From Heptranchias perlo (Eukaryota), in assembly GCF_035084215.1 (NCBI RefSeq), contig NC_090335.1:52328001-52392000 (forward strand): a stretch of 64,000 bases of DNA, given 5' to 3'. The notes under the pieces were generated by a model, which had not been told where the DNA came from, made no database searches, and was given only the letters and a program-made list of their open reading frames with translations. The first letter of the stretch is position 1; every line of letters begins with the position of its first letter. Below are positions 39,010 to 51,955 of this stretch, piece by piece. The position numbers and the translations under genes are program-made.

Positions 39010-40644
39010 CTATAAAAATGAAAAACAAATTGATTTTGTGTTTATTTACAGATCATATTTTGCAGGAAAATATTTATGCAAGCTGCGCTGCGTAATATTG
39101 AAATGTACATCACAATGCAACAGAAATTATAAACTTTTTTTTTGGGGGGGGGGGTGGGGGAGTGGAGGAGAAGGGAGTCCAATCGAACATTTTAATGGCT
39201 TAGGACAAGACAACTAACCTACCGACCACTTCCAATTTTCAATACTGTCATGACTTTCATGCTCTGACTGCTCTGCAGACGCTACCTAAATGATGGTAAT
39301 AAATCTTATATTTAAAAAATAAAATGGATTATTCACCAGATTCAGGTCAGAGCACTTGGATCAATGAGAGAATTCATGTAAACAACATCACTACAACTAT
39401 TTGCATGTGTGACCTCCTCACTCCTGACCAGTTTACTTCCGTATAATTCCATATAATTCCTTCTTGTAGTTACACGGCACTTTCAAAAATCTAACTATAC
39501 CAGTGAATAACTATACATGCGCCAACAGTTGAAAAATTACAGAAATCAGAGGTACAACAGGCACTATCACCCTGCCCATGACACCGTTAGAAACTTGACA
39601 GCTTAAAGGTGATGGTGACCGTTCACTTCAAGAATGATGATGTTTCACCTTTGAGGAATCCCCTTAAATAGTGACCACATTCCCTGAAACACCAACTATA
39701 TAAGATGAGGAAAACAGTTTGTTCTCATGTTAATGTTACATAACTCCATTGACCAAGAAGGCCCCAATAAATGCAACTCTATTTAAAAAAAAGTTCAGAG
39801 GCATGATCAGAAGTCACATCTTAACCACCTTGATATCAAGTTAAAAAATCTCTGAAGCTTATTTTAGTAAAGCATCTAAATGAACATCAGTGATAAATCA
39901 AACATGAATTTTAAAGAAGAGTGATCCTTCGGAAATGTGTATACATTTAAAAAAATGACTAGGTTGATCACACAAGAATACGACAAATATCATGCGGGAG
40001 TGGGGAAAAGAGGGGACATTTCAAATTGGATGAAGAATTGATTTAAAGTGGGGGGAGTTGTAAATTGGACTATTTCCAATAAGGCAATAAGATAAAACTT
40101 GAGACTTTCAATATTTATTTTAAAGAAGAGCAGTATGCCTTAATTAAACTTCTAAAACTTTATTGATTTAATGAACAGTTAATAGCTTTGAAAAATAACA
40201 AGAAATCTACTTTTTGAACTGTGTTGTAATAATCCAGGCAGGTGCTATTATTTTTAATTAAGTTACTTGGCCACCATTCTTAGCATATCATTTAATTTCT
40301 TCTCACTTCCCAGAAAAAGTAAAACGGCCAGTGAACCTCACATGAGGAAGCTTGATACCTATTTGCTAAAGCTCACTGGTCAAAACAGAGGCATCTCCCT
40401 TCTCTGACTGCAATGGGGGTAAAATCTGAGGAGAGCCTTAATGTCCAGAGCCATGCAGACCAGACCTAAGTTATCAGTCAGCAGCTTGTAGTTAATGCTG
40501 TGGAATCTAACCACTGCCCATAAGAATATCAACAGCATGATCTTGCTTTGCATGAAGTACCAGTGGAGGCTTCTTTAGTGGAAGATCAATTTCTAATACA
40601 AACACTTGTACCTGAGGTCCTGCTACTATTTCAATGTGAGAAAG

Positions 40645-40746
40645 AACACATGCATTTAAAGAGTGCCTTTCATGGCCTCAGGACATCCCAAAGCATTTCA
40701 TAGCCAATGAAGTACTTTTGAAGTTGAGTCACTATTGTAATGTAGG
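40645..40746 (-). mobile_element. SINE/L2-type 3' tail fragment
   Basis: ctcaggacatcccaaagcatttcatagccaatgaagtacttttgaagt...cactattgtaatgtagg is the reverse complement of the tail at 48300-48414. Confidence 0.75.
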
Positions 40747-40749
40747 GTG

Positions 40750-40970
40750 CTGGCAAAGACCTAGGGCATCAGTTGAAAGATGTTTGCAAATTGTAGAAGG
40801 CGGTGATGCTTTTTCCCCAAATTGGATTCAGAAAAGAATGAAAGGAATGATTCTGGGAATTAGAAATTTAAACTATGCAGAGGGACTAATAAAACGGAAC
40901 TTATTTTTGGAGAGAAGACTAAGAGGAGCATAATCCAAGTTTTTAAAATGCTGAAAAGCATGGATAACTG
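40750..40970 (+). mobile_element. Old CR1 fragment
   Basis: IQKRMKGMILGIRNLNYAEGL...LERRLRG resembles the CR1 ORF2 C-terminus. Confidence 0.6.
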
Positions 40971-41739
40971 AGTTTGGTCAAATATGGTTTTAAATGATTT
41001 TATCCTTAAAACTTGCACTAGCCAATCCATTCAAATCTCAAAAAAATTTGCCAAATTTTTTGAGACACATCAGACTCAATTTCGCACACACCTTCCAGCT
41101 GTAGACATAGTGCCACACACTACACTGGATTCTTTCATCTCCTCTCCAGATCATATAAGATAAATATATATCTAATCAAAATAAAACCAGAGGAAAAAGA
41201 TTTTGCTGAAATTCATGTAACACTTGAAAAAAAAAAATTTACCCGGCAAATACAACATTCATTCTCCCAAGAAATTTTTAAAAAGAAACAAAAAACATAT
41301 TTGCATAGACGTAAGCAGCATATTTGGCTGGGCATAGAAGTATGGGACACAAATACAAAACTAAATAATCCTCAGATGAGTCTAAGTATAGAATATGTGC
41401 AACAGATTCCTATCAAAAGCAATTAACACCATATTGACTTTAAAAAAGTGGATGAATATTCAATTCAGAACAGGATCAAAGGCTAGAATACATCTAGATA
41501 GAGATGTTTAAATACCCAATGTCTATGGATTGTGTGCTGCTACACCATGGAAAAATAATTTGTGGAATTACAGCAATTAGGCTTGAATAGCATATACTGT
41601 AATGATAGATTGAAGCTCCAAATTTATCTTATTGGGCAGGGGAAATGTCAGAGACTTTATCTTGGATGTTTTACTTGTGCTTTCTTTATTTATTGTGCTT
41701 TCACGGCAGTGCATATTGTACACAGTAGGGTGAATTGTT

Positions 41740-42628
41740 CATAAGAACATAAGAGATAGGAGTAGGAGTAGGCCTGTCTACCACCTCAACTCCACTTTCC
41801 CGCCCTATCCCCATATCTCTTGATTCCCTTCGTGACCAAATATACATCGATCTCAGTCTTGAATATACTCAATGTCTGAGCAGCCAAGCCCTCTGGAGTT
41901 GAGAATTCTAAGGATTCATAACTTGGTGAAGAATTTTTTCTCATCTCAGTCCTAAATGGCCAACCTCTTGACTTGAGACTATGGCCTCTAGTTCTAGACT
42001 CTCCAGCCAGGGGAAACAGCCTCACAGCATCTACTCTGTAAAGCCCTCTAGGAATTTTATACGTTTCAATGAAATCACACCTCATTCTTCTAAACTCCGG
42101 ACAATATAGGCCCATTCTACTCAATCTCTCCTCATAGGACAACCCTCTCATCCCAGGAATCAATCTAGTGAGACTTTGTTGCATCCCCTCTAAGGCAAGT
42201 ATATCCTTCCTTAAGTAAGGAGACCAAAACTGAACACAGTACTCCAGGAGTGGTCTCACCAGAGCCCTATATAATTGCAGCAAGACCTCCTTACTCTTAT
42301 ACTCCAATCCCCTTGCAATAAAGGCTAACATACCATTTGCCTTCCTAATTGCTTGCTGTACCTGCATGTTAACTTTCTGTGATTCATGTACAAGGACACC
42401 CAAATCCCTCTGACTACCAACATCTTAGTCTTTCACCTTTTAAAAAATATTCTATTTTTCTATTCTTCCTACCAAAGTGGATAATTTCACATTTCCCCAC
42501 ATTATACTCCATCTGCCACCTTCTCGCTCACTAACTTAACCTGTCTATGTCCCTTTTCAGCCTCTTTGCGTCCTCCTCACAGCTTACTTTCCCACCTAGC
42601 TTTGTATTGTCAGCAAATTTGGATACAT
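41740..42628 (-). mobile_element. CR1 LINE 3' fragment
   Basis: ORF 41786-42403 (KANGMLAFI, LEYCVQFWSP, YEERL) with a (ttcttatg)n tail. Confidence 0.93.
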
Positions 42629-44122
42629 TAGTCGGTTCAATTGGTTATGCCCTATGAATGAGCGACAATCTGTAGTGTTACATTAAAATTAGGGCCCAAA
42701 TACATCATTTGGACAGCAATGCAATTTCCCAACATTTACACACCTGCATCTATAGCCAGACACACACATACCTAGCAATAACTGTCATTAAGCAGCCAAT
42801 TATAGAGATATGCCATCTGTTGCACAATAAATGCAGGTAGCATGTCTTGTTAAGGCACTGCCAATGACAGTAACCGGCAACTGCACCCTAAAATATTCAT
42901 CTTCTGGCTTCTTCCAGACATCCTACAATGACGTCCAATGCGGAGGATGCCGGGAGTAGCAAATAGGGCCACTAGTCCACAAGTAGCACACCTCTACTGC
43001 ATCAAAGGGAGGGCTCCAGTGCTGTGCAGCTCTAACCCTTCACCACAGACTCTCTCTATTTCCAATGTCTTCACCCTAGCTCAAACAGTCCATTTTTGTG
43101 GGAACATTTTTTGCCCAGTTAATTCTGCAACTAACCTAGAAATGGAAAAGTACCGTTGTCCTGAACTAGACTGTGGCATGCAACGTGCTGTGAGGAGATA
43201 TGACATTCTTGTACTCAGAACATCCTTCCAGAGAATGAGTCCACTGCATTGAGCCCGTGTGTTGAATTTCGAGCAGGCTTCCACACTTCAAAGTGCATCA
43301 ATCACTAGAAAGTACTTGTGACTGGATACAACTTGGCCAGTGACTGAGGCAGGGTTGACCACAGTTTCTCTGATTACAGTAGGCTTTGGGTTTTTATTCA
43401 AAATGATAGAGGTAAGTGGAATTTTGCAAAGAAACCACAAATAATACGAGAAACTTTGTAAAAATGTGAAACTTATTCCTCGCGAGTACTGGAACTAAAG
43501 GAGAAATCTGAAACCATTTTGAAAAAAAGGGCCAAGAAATGACAAATGCAAGCTTTTTGTGGTGTGGGAAATAATAGACATTTGCTGCTGCCATCACAAG
43601 AAAAAGAACGAGACCTGTTATATACGAGTGCAGACCTCTTCTTGCTCCCTGTCCCTCAATGTTTTTTTTGACATAGGTTGTCGTGTCTCCTCTCCACCAA
43701 ATCCAAATATTATCCCCGATATTACCCTCAAATCTGTATGTGATTATGCCTCTCAAAGTGGAGAGTATCAGTTGACTGTCCGCGGTCAAACTTCTTGAAA
43801 GGACAGTGCCCCAGGTGATTATCCCCCAAGTGGGATGATGCAAAACACCTATTTGTACAAGGAGGCTGAAAGAATGAGGAAAAATCTCATCACATTTGTA
43901 ATATAAATACAACACCCTATTTATCAAAAATGTTATTTTATTTATATGGGGAAAGCTCATTTTTCCATGATACTCACGAGTAATTCAATTCCCCCCAATG
44001 TGCAAAATGAATCCTTTATTCAATGGCTCACTATGGAGTATTACATATTTAAAAAAAACACACATGTGCATCCAAAAATTATAGATGCAATCCATCAGTG
44101 ATGGACTGCAGTGAAGACTTAC

Positions 44123-44501
44123 CCAGCTGCAAACTGAGGGGCTGACATGAGGCCAGGATTGGCTAGTCCTGCAGCAGCAGCCATGGCAGCTAGGCCTGGA
44201 TTGGTGACAAGCCCAGAACCAGCGGGTACCTGTGCGGCTGCAGCTTGTAGCGCAGTGGCAGCCGTGTGCAGTCCAGACGCTGACACCATGATTTGGCTTG
44301 TGCACAGAGGGTTTACTAAGCCAGTTGAGGTTGTCTGTGTGGTACTTGTATCACTGCTGCTGGATGACTCAGTCACTGAAATGGATGCTGATGGTGAAGG
44401 GGTCAGAGATGGAGAAGTGACTGTCGATGTGGAAACTGCAGAAGGTAGGCCGGTGATTACGGATGCCACATTTGTTGGAGCTGTCCCTGATGCAGTTGTA
44501 C
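44123..44501 (-). CDS. POU2F1: POU2F1 exon: (G)[17 protein letters not shown]...[11 protein letters not shown]...[23 protein letters not shown](G)
   Basis: Acceptor accctccag and donor gtaagt; 379 nt, phase 1/2. Ser/Thr-rich Oct-1 C-terminal region. Confidence 0.95.
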
Positions 44502-45169
44502 CTGGAGGGTTAATGAGAGATGAAAAATTTTTAATATGAATTTTGCTTCCTATTTTAAGCTTCTTCAAAATATTTCTAAAATTATTCACAGAATAATAAA
44601 ATGTAGGGATGAGGAAATAAACACTCTCCTTTCGAAAGATAATAGTGAAATATTGTTGATCCTTGTGTCCAATTTTACACTAATTTTGGTACAGAACACA
44701 ATTAAAGGAACAAATATCTGAATGCTGCAGGGATCGAATTGACAATTATGCTGCAAAGTTGCGACTATGTTTCCATGCACAATGAAACAATTGTGCCCTT
44801 CTTTCTCTGACTTTAAATAATACGGATGGATAGAATGACAAGAGTACAATGTCTAATTTTCCACGCTTCAGTTTGACAGAAGTTATTAATCATAATTCCA
44901 TATTTTGTAAATTCTTGATTTCAGCTGAACTATCAGAGGAGGTTAAAAATGTTACACTACCTATAGTTTCCCTCATTTGTTGAACCTTCAAATAAAAAGA
45001 TAAATATAGCAAAGTGGTGCTAATTTTCAGGTGATGTCAGTTCTCATCATTCTCAGAAGTTAGGTCCTGGCAAGAAGGTTTAGTAAAGCAGGCAAAAGGC
45101 ACCAGCCAGCTGCCTCATAGATAATCAAGGGAAGAACCTTCCACAAGTTGACCTAAGAAATGGCTAGAA

Positions 45170-45530
45170 TAGTTCCCAGATAGCTTAAATGGTTAGGCAG
45201 TGATTAACTGAGCCATACAGCCAAGGAAGGTTCCAGATTTGATCCCTAGCTTGTGCTGAAATAACTGATCTCACCTGGTCAGCAGTGGGCCACAACTGAT
45301 CTCAGTGGCCCAGGGTTAGGGAGAAATCACCCCAGGTTCCCACTTCTGACTGCTACCCAAAAACCCCAGGAACCACACAAATGTGGAATATGGATGATTA
45401 AGCTGTGATGCATCTTACTGTGAACAGCCTGCTTACAATTATTATCTAGGTTCACACATAAAAAATGGCTCCTTGAATGAGATCCTGGAGGGCCCTCTGC
45501 AGCTGTGGAACCATGCACCAGTGAAGAGTC
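45170..45530 (+). mobile_element. tRNA-derived SINE
   Basis: Head tagcttaaatggttagg...ggttccagatttgatccc has A/B box-like motifs, followed by a ~300-nt body. Confidence 0.6.
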
Positions 45531-45934
45531 AATTTCTTGAGGTGCCTCTTTTACATGGGCAGGAACATGATTGGGTGTAAAAAAGTGGAAATGATAGAAA
45601 GTAGGACATATAATGTCACCACATTATCACCATTTCAGTTCGAATAGAACTATCCAAATATGGGCATGCACTTTCCCCGGCTGATGGAATACACATCATT
45701 AAATAAGGGGGAAGCAGAAATAGACCAGATTCTCAGTGGCTGGACTTCCTCCCATTTGCCACTGGTACAACAGGAAGCTGGGAGCAGGAAATGTAGGCTC
45801 ATGGGTTTTTCACCGGCCACTGTTCCTACCAAAGCCAGAAATAGAGCCAATATCATTCTCAGCTAACTTTTAAAAACCATCATCACATCACATTGCAGCA
45901 AAATGAAGCTGCAGTCCTTCAGAGAACACTACGT

Positions 45935-46218
45935 TCCTCAAACTCTGGCCTCTTGTACATTCCCCGTTCTCTTTGCCCACCATTGGCGGCTGTGCCGTAA
46001 GCTGTCTAGCCCTACGCCCAAGAATTCTCTCCCTAAACCTCTCCGACTCCCTCCCTTCCTTTAAGACCCTCCTTAAACCTACGTCTGAGTAAGCTTTTAG
46101 TCAACCCTCTTAATATCTCCTTTGGCTCAGTGATCATTTTTGTCTGATTACACTTTTGTGAAGCACCGTGGGACTTTTTTCTACATTAAAGGCATTACAT
46201 AAATGCAAGTTGTTGTTC
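45935..46218 (+). mobile_element. L2 3' fragment
   Basis: Similar to 1900-2184 and ends ctacattaaaggcattacataaatgcaagttgttgtt. Confidence 0.85.
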
Positions 46219-47939
46219 TGTTGCTCTTAGCCAACCCTCTCAAGAGCCATTATGCGTTAGGTTTGTCCACGTTAATAGCCACTGCCTTTGTGTGAAGCAG
46301 TGAGATATTTCAATGCAATAAGGCGCTACATAAGTGCAAGTTTTGTGTGATTTTTGTCGATCAGAAGCACGGGAGATGGTTCAAAACAAATAATACAGAT
46401 CTCGTTCGAGCTGGAGGTGCACAGTGCATCATTATGCTCTCTGCGAAGCACTGAGCCGAAAAAATAATTAAATCCATCAAATTTAGATCTGTACACCATC
46501 AAGGCAGAACAACGATGACAAGAGTATTCTTGCCGATATAACTGAGCCACAATTATACTATACTGGTCCGTATCCTCACACCTCTGGTGCAAAACCTATT
46601 CACTGAAACCATTCAAGGTCAATCACATTGCTGAAAACTAAAGACCATTTATACATCAGTATTGTACAGGGATAAAAACACCCTCTAGATAGATTCCCCA
46701 CCCTGCAAGCAAGGAAGCAACAGTGATAGACGCTGTAGGTAACTAGGAAAGAATGTTATGACTATCATGTAGAACGAAGGCTCTTTGATCTACAGCAACT
46801 TCTCAGGTCAGTAGTTGTGAGAACTCATACTGCTTTGCATATAAAACCACAAAGATGGCTGCTGCCTGTAGACCGAGGATATTTGAATCATGGACTGTCC
46901 ATATGCTGGACTCCGCCTGAATTTTTCATTTTTCTGTGGCTCTATCCTATGGAACCGAAATAATAGAAGACATATGATTCATTGGAGCCTGCTTCTAGAC
47001 TGGACATGCTAAGTACAATTAGAACATTAGTCCAACAGAATATTAATCCAAATTACTCTAGCAGTCTTATTACCTTCTGGATGGCTGCCTTAACTGACCT
47101 GCCTGTAGGTACGTCATCAACCAGCTAACCAAGTATCATTACACTTGTAGGCTTCTATTACAAAAAGAGAAATGTTGCAAATAGACTAGGTTGCAAAATC
47201 AAGCTAAACATTAGCATTCTGTTCTGATGCACATGTCAATTTTGAATCTCAGACACTGTGAGATCCCGTCCGCCCTATATAGAAATGTGTGTCTTTTTGA
47301 CTGAAAGCAGAAACCAGCTCCCTGGCATGAAGTAGAGTTGCCATCTTGAATTTGTCTTTCAACATGAAAGACATCAAGGTTTAAGGCTTTGGATTAGCCA
47401 AAACTCCTCCTCCTCCTCCCCTAAATGTATTTGGATACTGCATAGTAACTGGGATAAAAGTTTTGAGTATGCCTGGCCAAAAAAACCTTTTCCATAGCAC
47501 AGCAGAAGCACTTTCTGCATCTTGCCATTTATAAGGTCCCTCAAACTATCCTGAGAAAATCACTCCCCTGAATTTCACAGAAGACCATGTAAAGTGGAAA
47601 GTAAATGGGCTACTCCATTGGGCTGTCACCTTGTATCTAACAGTATTAGTTGCCACTCCCTGGAAAATGTAATTAACCGGTAGATGTCTCTTCTACCATA
47701 GAGAAATGCAAAGAATTGGAATCACTGATTAACTGGGTAGAGATCTTCTATTGTTTTTGCACTTTACTAACCAGAGGACTTATTATTTCACTGCAGGACT
47801 CAAACTGACGGCACAGAAAACTTTGGATAGTAAAACAGAATGAATAGGAAGCGATAAACTGTGATTTTGTTTTCTTCTGAAGGGGGAAAAGAGAACAAAA
47901 ATCTGTTCCTGATGGGCAACAAGCTTAATTAACTTAAGG

Positions 47940-48770
47940 CGGAGGTTCCCAAACTGGGGTGGCACAAGGACAGGCTGGCCAAGAACAAGAGCCACGGATA
48001 CATCCTCACATAACCAGAGGAGGTGTAGTATGGATCAATCTCGGCACAGCATGCAATGTTTGAATCCCTGCTAATTTCTATAAGTGGGCATTGGACCAAT
48101 CAGAGCTGCTTCTGGTGCAGACTGACGGATTACTATTGCAGCAGAAGCAGCTCTGATTGGATCAATATTCATTCCTAGAGCAGGGGAGTTTTCTGTGTGT
48201 CCTGGCCAATATTTATCCCTCAATTAACATCATTAAAACAAATTATCTGGTCATTATTTCATTGCTGTTTGTGGGACCTTGCTGTGCGCAAATTGGCTGC
48301 CACAATTCTTACATTACAACAGTGACTACACCTACAGAAGTACTTTATTGGCTGTGAAGTGCTTTGGGACGCTGAGGTTCTGAAAGGTGCTATATAAAAT
48401 GCAAGTCTTTCTTCTTTTTAGAAATCGGCGGGGATTCAAACATGCTGCATTGTGCAGAGATCATCCCATAATGCACTTCCTCTGGCTATGCGAGGCTGCA
48501 TCAGCTAAAGTGAAAGTCATTTCTGTGTCACCTCCTGATTGCTGCATGAAAGTAGAGATCCTTGAAGCAGTTGGCTATTTGAGGCACACAATTCAGCATT
48601 CTGAATTCGTCTCAATTGTTTTTCCAGTTTTTGAAACCAATTTGATTGAACTGCCATCATCTTGGGCCCTGCAAAATACTGTTTCTTAGAAAAAGGGGGT
48701 TTGAAGGTTTGAATGGGACATGAATCTTCGATGGGGGGGGGGCTCAGGAAAAAACAATTGAGAACTTCTG
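47940..48770 (+). mobile_element. Non-autonomous hAT/Charlie-like DNA transposon, copy 1, with internal palindrome and nested SINE
   Basis: TIRs cggaggttcccaaact / ttgagaacttctg. Perfect 8-bp TSD ACTTAAGG at 47932-47939 and 48771-48778. Confidence 0.88.
48176..48414 (+). mobile_element. DeuSINE (SacSINE1-like) 3' part nested in the hAT element
   Basis: attgctgtttgtgggaccttgctgtgcgcaaattggctgc...gctttgggac...gctatataaaatgcaagtc. It interrupts the right arm of the palindrome. Confidence 0.8.
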
Positions 48771-48946
48771 ACTTAAGGCACAGTTCAGAAGTTTACATGC
48801 AGCAAGAAAAAGTCAATCAACATTTCTGTGGTTAGCATAACACCTATGAATATTTATACTTATTAATTTTCACTTCCTTATCTATTTTCAACAAGCTTGC
48901 TTGTTAGACAAAAGTCACAATCAAGATCTGATGTGGTACTCTACTA

Positions 48947-49560
48947 CAGAAGTTCTCAAAAACTTATTTTTGCCGATCCCACTTTGGAGATTCATGTTCC
49001 ATTCACGCTGACCCTCAACCCCCTCCCCAACCCAACCTTTTCTAAGAAGCAGTATTTTGTACCCCTAAGAAGATGGCAGGGTTCAATTTGTTGATTTCAA
49101 AAACTGGGGAAAAAAATTGAGAATTCAGAATGCTCACCCTGCCTTCAGTCATGTAGGGAGTGTGTGCCTCAAGTAGCCAACTGTTTCAAGGATCTCTACT
49201 TTCATGTAGCAATCAGGAGATATCTTTCACTTTAATTGATGCAGCCTTGTATAACCAGAGGAGGTGCATTATGGGGCAACCTCAGCACAGCACGGGATGT
49301 TTGAAACTCCGCCTATTTCTAAAAGCTGACACTGGACCAATCAGAGCTGCTTCTGGTGCATAGTGACTGTTGCACCAGAAGCAACTGTGGTGGGTCCAAT
49401 GTCCACTTCTAGAAATCAATGGAGATTCAAACATCCCATGCTGCACTGAGATCGGCCTATAATGCACCTCCTCTGGCTATATAAAGCTGCATTGTGGCTC
49501 CTTCTTGGCCAGCATGTCCTCTTCGCAATCCCCCCCACCTCAAGAGTTTCGGAAACTCTG
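48947..49560 (-). mobile_element. Non-autonomous hAT/Charlie-like element, copy 2 (inverted relative to copy 1)
   Basis: TIRs cagaagttctcaaa / agtttcggaaactctg. Flanks ctctacta / ctccacca (6/8 TSD match). Colinear with the reverse complement of copy 1. Confidence 0.85.
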
Positions 49561-50042
49561 CTCCACCACTTTCAAAGATGAGAAAGATCCTGTGGAGGCA
49601 CATCATCGATATAGGAGCTAAATAAAATTTGCAGAAGTGTTTTCTGTTCGTCAGCCTCAGCTTGCTTTCAAAAACTCATATCGGCCAGTGAAGATACTCT
49701 CATGACCATAAACAGCTAATTCACTTATGAGAATAATCTAAAGTACAGAAGCTGAAGTAAGAAGGGCAGAAAATACCCAAAGACATAACAACGTGCATGG
49801 CAGTAAGTTCTTAAAGAGTTAGAGTCTTTAGGTGATTTTCATCTTGCGTTGAATGAGGAGCAATTTCACATTTATATGTTGCTGCCTGACAAACCATCAT
49901 GTTTGTGATCTCCCATTCAAATCTATACACCAATACAACAAAAGCAGTTTTAAATTTCACAAATGCAAAAATTGAGAGATTGGTTTTCAAAAATTTCTGG
50001 GGCCATTTTATGTGGAAAACCAAGTCACAATGTATACATCTA

Positions 50043-50145
50043 TTTTTTTTATTCGTTCATGGGATGTGGGCGTTGCTGGCGAGGCCAGCATTTATTGCCC
50101 ATCCCTAATTGCCCTTGAGAAGATGGCGGTGAGCCGCCTTCTTCA
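50043..50145 (-). mobile_element. Short 3' end of the 11433-12999 CR1-clade family
   Basis: attcgttcatgggatgtgggcgttgctggcgaggccagcatttattgcccatccctaattgcccttgagaag. Confidence 0.9.
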
Positions 50146-51846
50146 CATTTTTTTAGTGTGAATTAACATTTAATTAACATTGTCCATCTCTTGGACTACT
50201 GCTCCAACACATTCCACAAAAACACTTCAAATAAAAACATAGGGCCTATTGCTATACAATTTCTAATTTTGTTTGAGGGCCAACATTTAATAATAATCAA
50301 ATATCAGTTACATCAAAATTACACCAAATGCGCTGCAGGAGAGTGAATTAACAATACTTTTGAATGATGAAAATTGGTACATTAGAGGCAGGATTTTCTA
50401 CACCTCTAAAATGGATTCAGAATACTTGGCGGAGCACTGTATTGTTAATATTGTCAGAGAAGACAAGTCACTCTGTATAGTCTGAATTTGAATTCAGATA
50501 ACAGAAAGGACAACTGGTCATCAAATGTTGCCCATCAAATGAGCCCCGATGGAGAGGAAAACATCATTCCAACTGGTCAGGCACACTCTGGTAATATTCT
50601 GTTTAACAAAAAGTTAAATTGGCATGGATACATTAATTACAAAACTTTCCACTTGCTTACAGTTATATACATGTCAGAATGTATTTATTGAGAAATACAT
50701 ATACCAAATGGCCAAGTGAAAGCCAAAAAATTACTGCACATGATCATCTGAAAAGAAAAGCAAATGACAAATCACTTGTTTCCATTAAACAAAGAACTAA
50801 ATTACCAGATAAAATGCTTACTTAGTACTGAATCATGATAATTACAAGATGCTTTAACAATTTGAATTATTTCATTCAACTAAAATGTCAGCTGACTTGG
50901 TTATGGATGCCACCGAGGAAGCAGGACTGCATAGTGTGAATGCAGTCAGAATTGACACCGCTGCCAGCCTCATATCACTGCAGACCAAGTTACGAGAAAG
51001 GGAAAAAGCGACACAACAAACTAAAAGCTCACATCACTAGCACAATTAAGAAGTAACAAGTGTATTAGTGATCACTGCTAGAGCTGCTAGAAATTCTCCA
51101 CTGCTTGCACTGGTTTATTTTCAAGCAATTGCAACAAGCCAATGTACTCTGTATTGTGCCACTGCACCACTCAACATACTTCTACTGCACTAGAGTTGGT
51201 AATGTCACCTTTCCCCTCCCCAATATGGGTGGTGCTGATTTTTATTTACATCAGTGGCTCCATCACTGCATAAACATGATACCCAGTCTCAATAAGTCAA
51301 TAGACAACAAATAGTAAGGCAGATGGGATTGTTAGATGTCTAACTTTGTTCCTCTTGCTGATGTCGAATTAATAATGAATGAAAGCCATTGCTTTGCTGT
51401 CATGGTGAAAGAGTAAGAGTCAAAGCACTTGACAAGTCACCTTTCGAGCCACCCGTGCGAGGTCAGGTCTGGGAACGAGACGATGGAACCTTTGGTCCAC
51501 CCGCTTTTACCACCTGCCCGTTACCATTTCTTTTCACGCCAGCTTTCAAATGATAGATCGGGATCTTCAATTTCACTCAGATTGGGGTGCATTACAATTG
51601 GAGAAGCGGTTTCTCACTCACTCCATGAAGTCAATGTTGATGGATCTGGCCACTCTCTTGGCTAGTTTCAAAGAACAATGTTCTAACACACTGTGCCACT
51701 TGGTATCAAGAAAACAAAGAAGATCTTCATCCCCTCTGTCTCAAAAGGATTTAAAATCAAAGATAATTATACATTGTTAGAGCAAACTGCAACACATAAT
51801 CCCTCAGATGATGTATATAGTGGTTTAATTAACTGCAGCTTCTTAC

Positions 51847-51955
51847 CCGAAATGCTGAAGCTGGTCACACCAGCACTGGATACAGGCATCTGCACTGCAT
51901 TTACAGCCAGAGTAGTCGGTGTACTACTTGTCACGAGGTTACTAGTGCTGGCCAC
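51847..51955 (-). CDS. POU2F1: POU2F1 exon: VASTSNLVTSSTPTTLAVNAVQMPVSSAGVTSFSIS(G)
   Basis: Acceptor tttttaatag and donor gtaaga; 109 nt, phase 0/1. Similar to human VATTPSLVTSSAATTLTV. Confidence 0.93.

Noticed and set aside
7961-41306. Octamer motifs ATTTGCAT (7961, 14382, 15945, 18882, 39399, 41299) as Oct-1 autoregulatory sites
   Set aside because: Several copies are expected by chance in 64 kb of AT-rich DNA, and they are not clustered.
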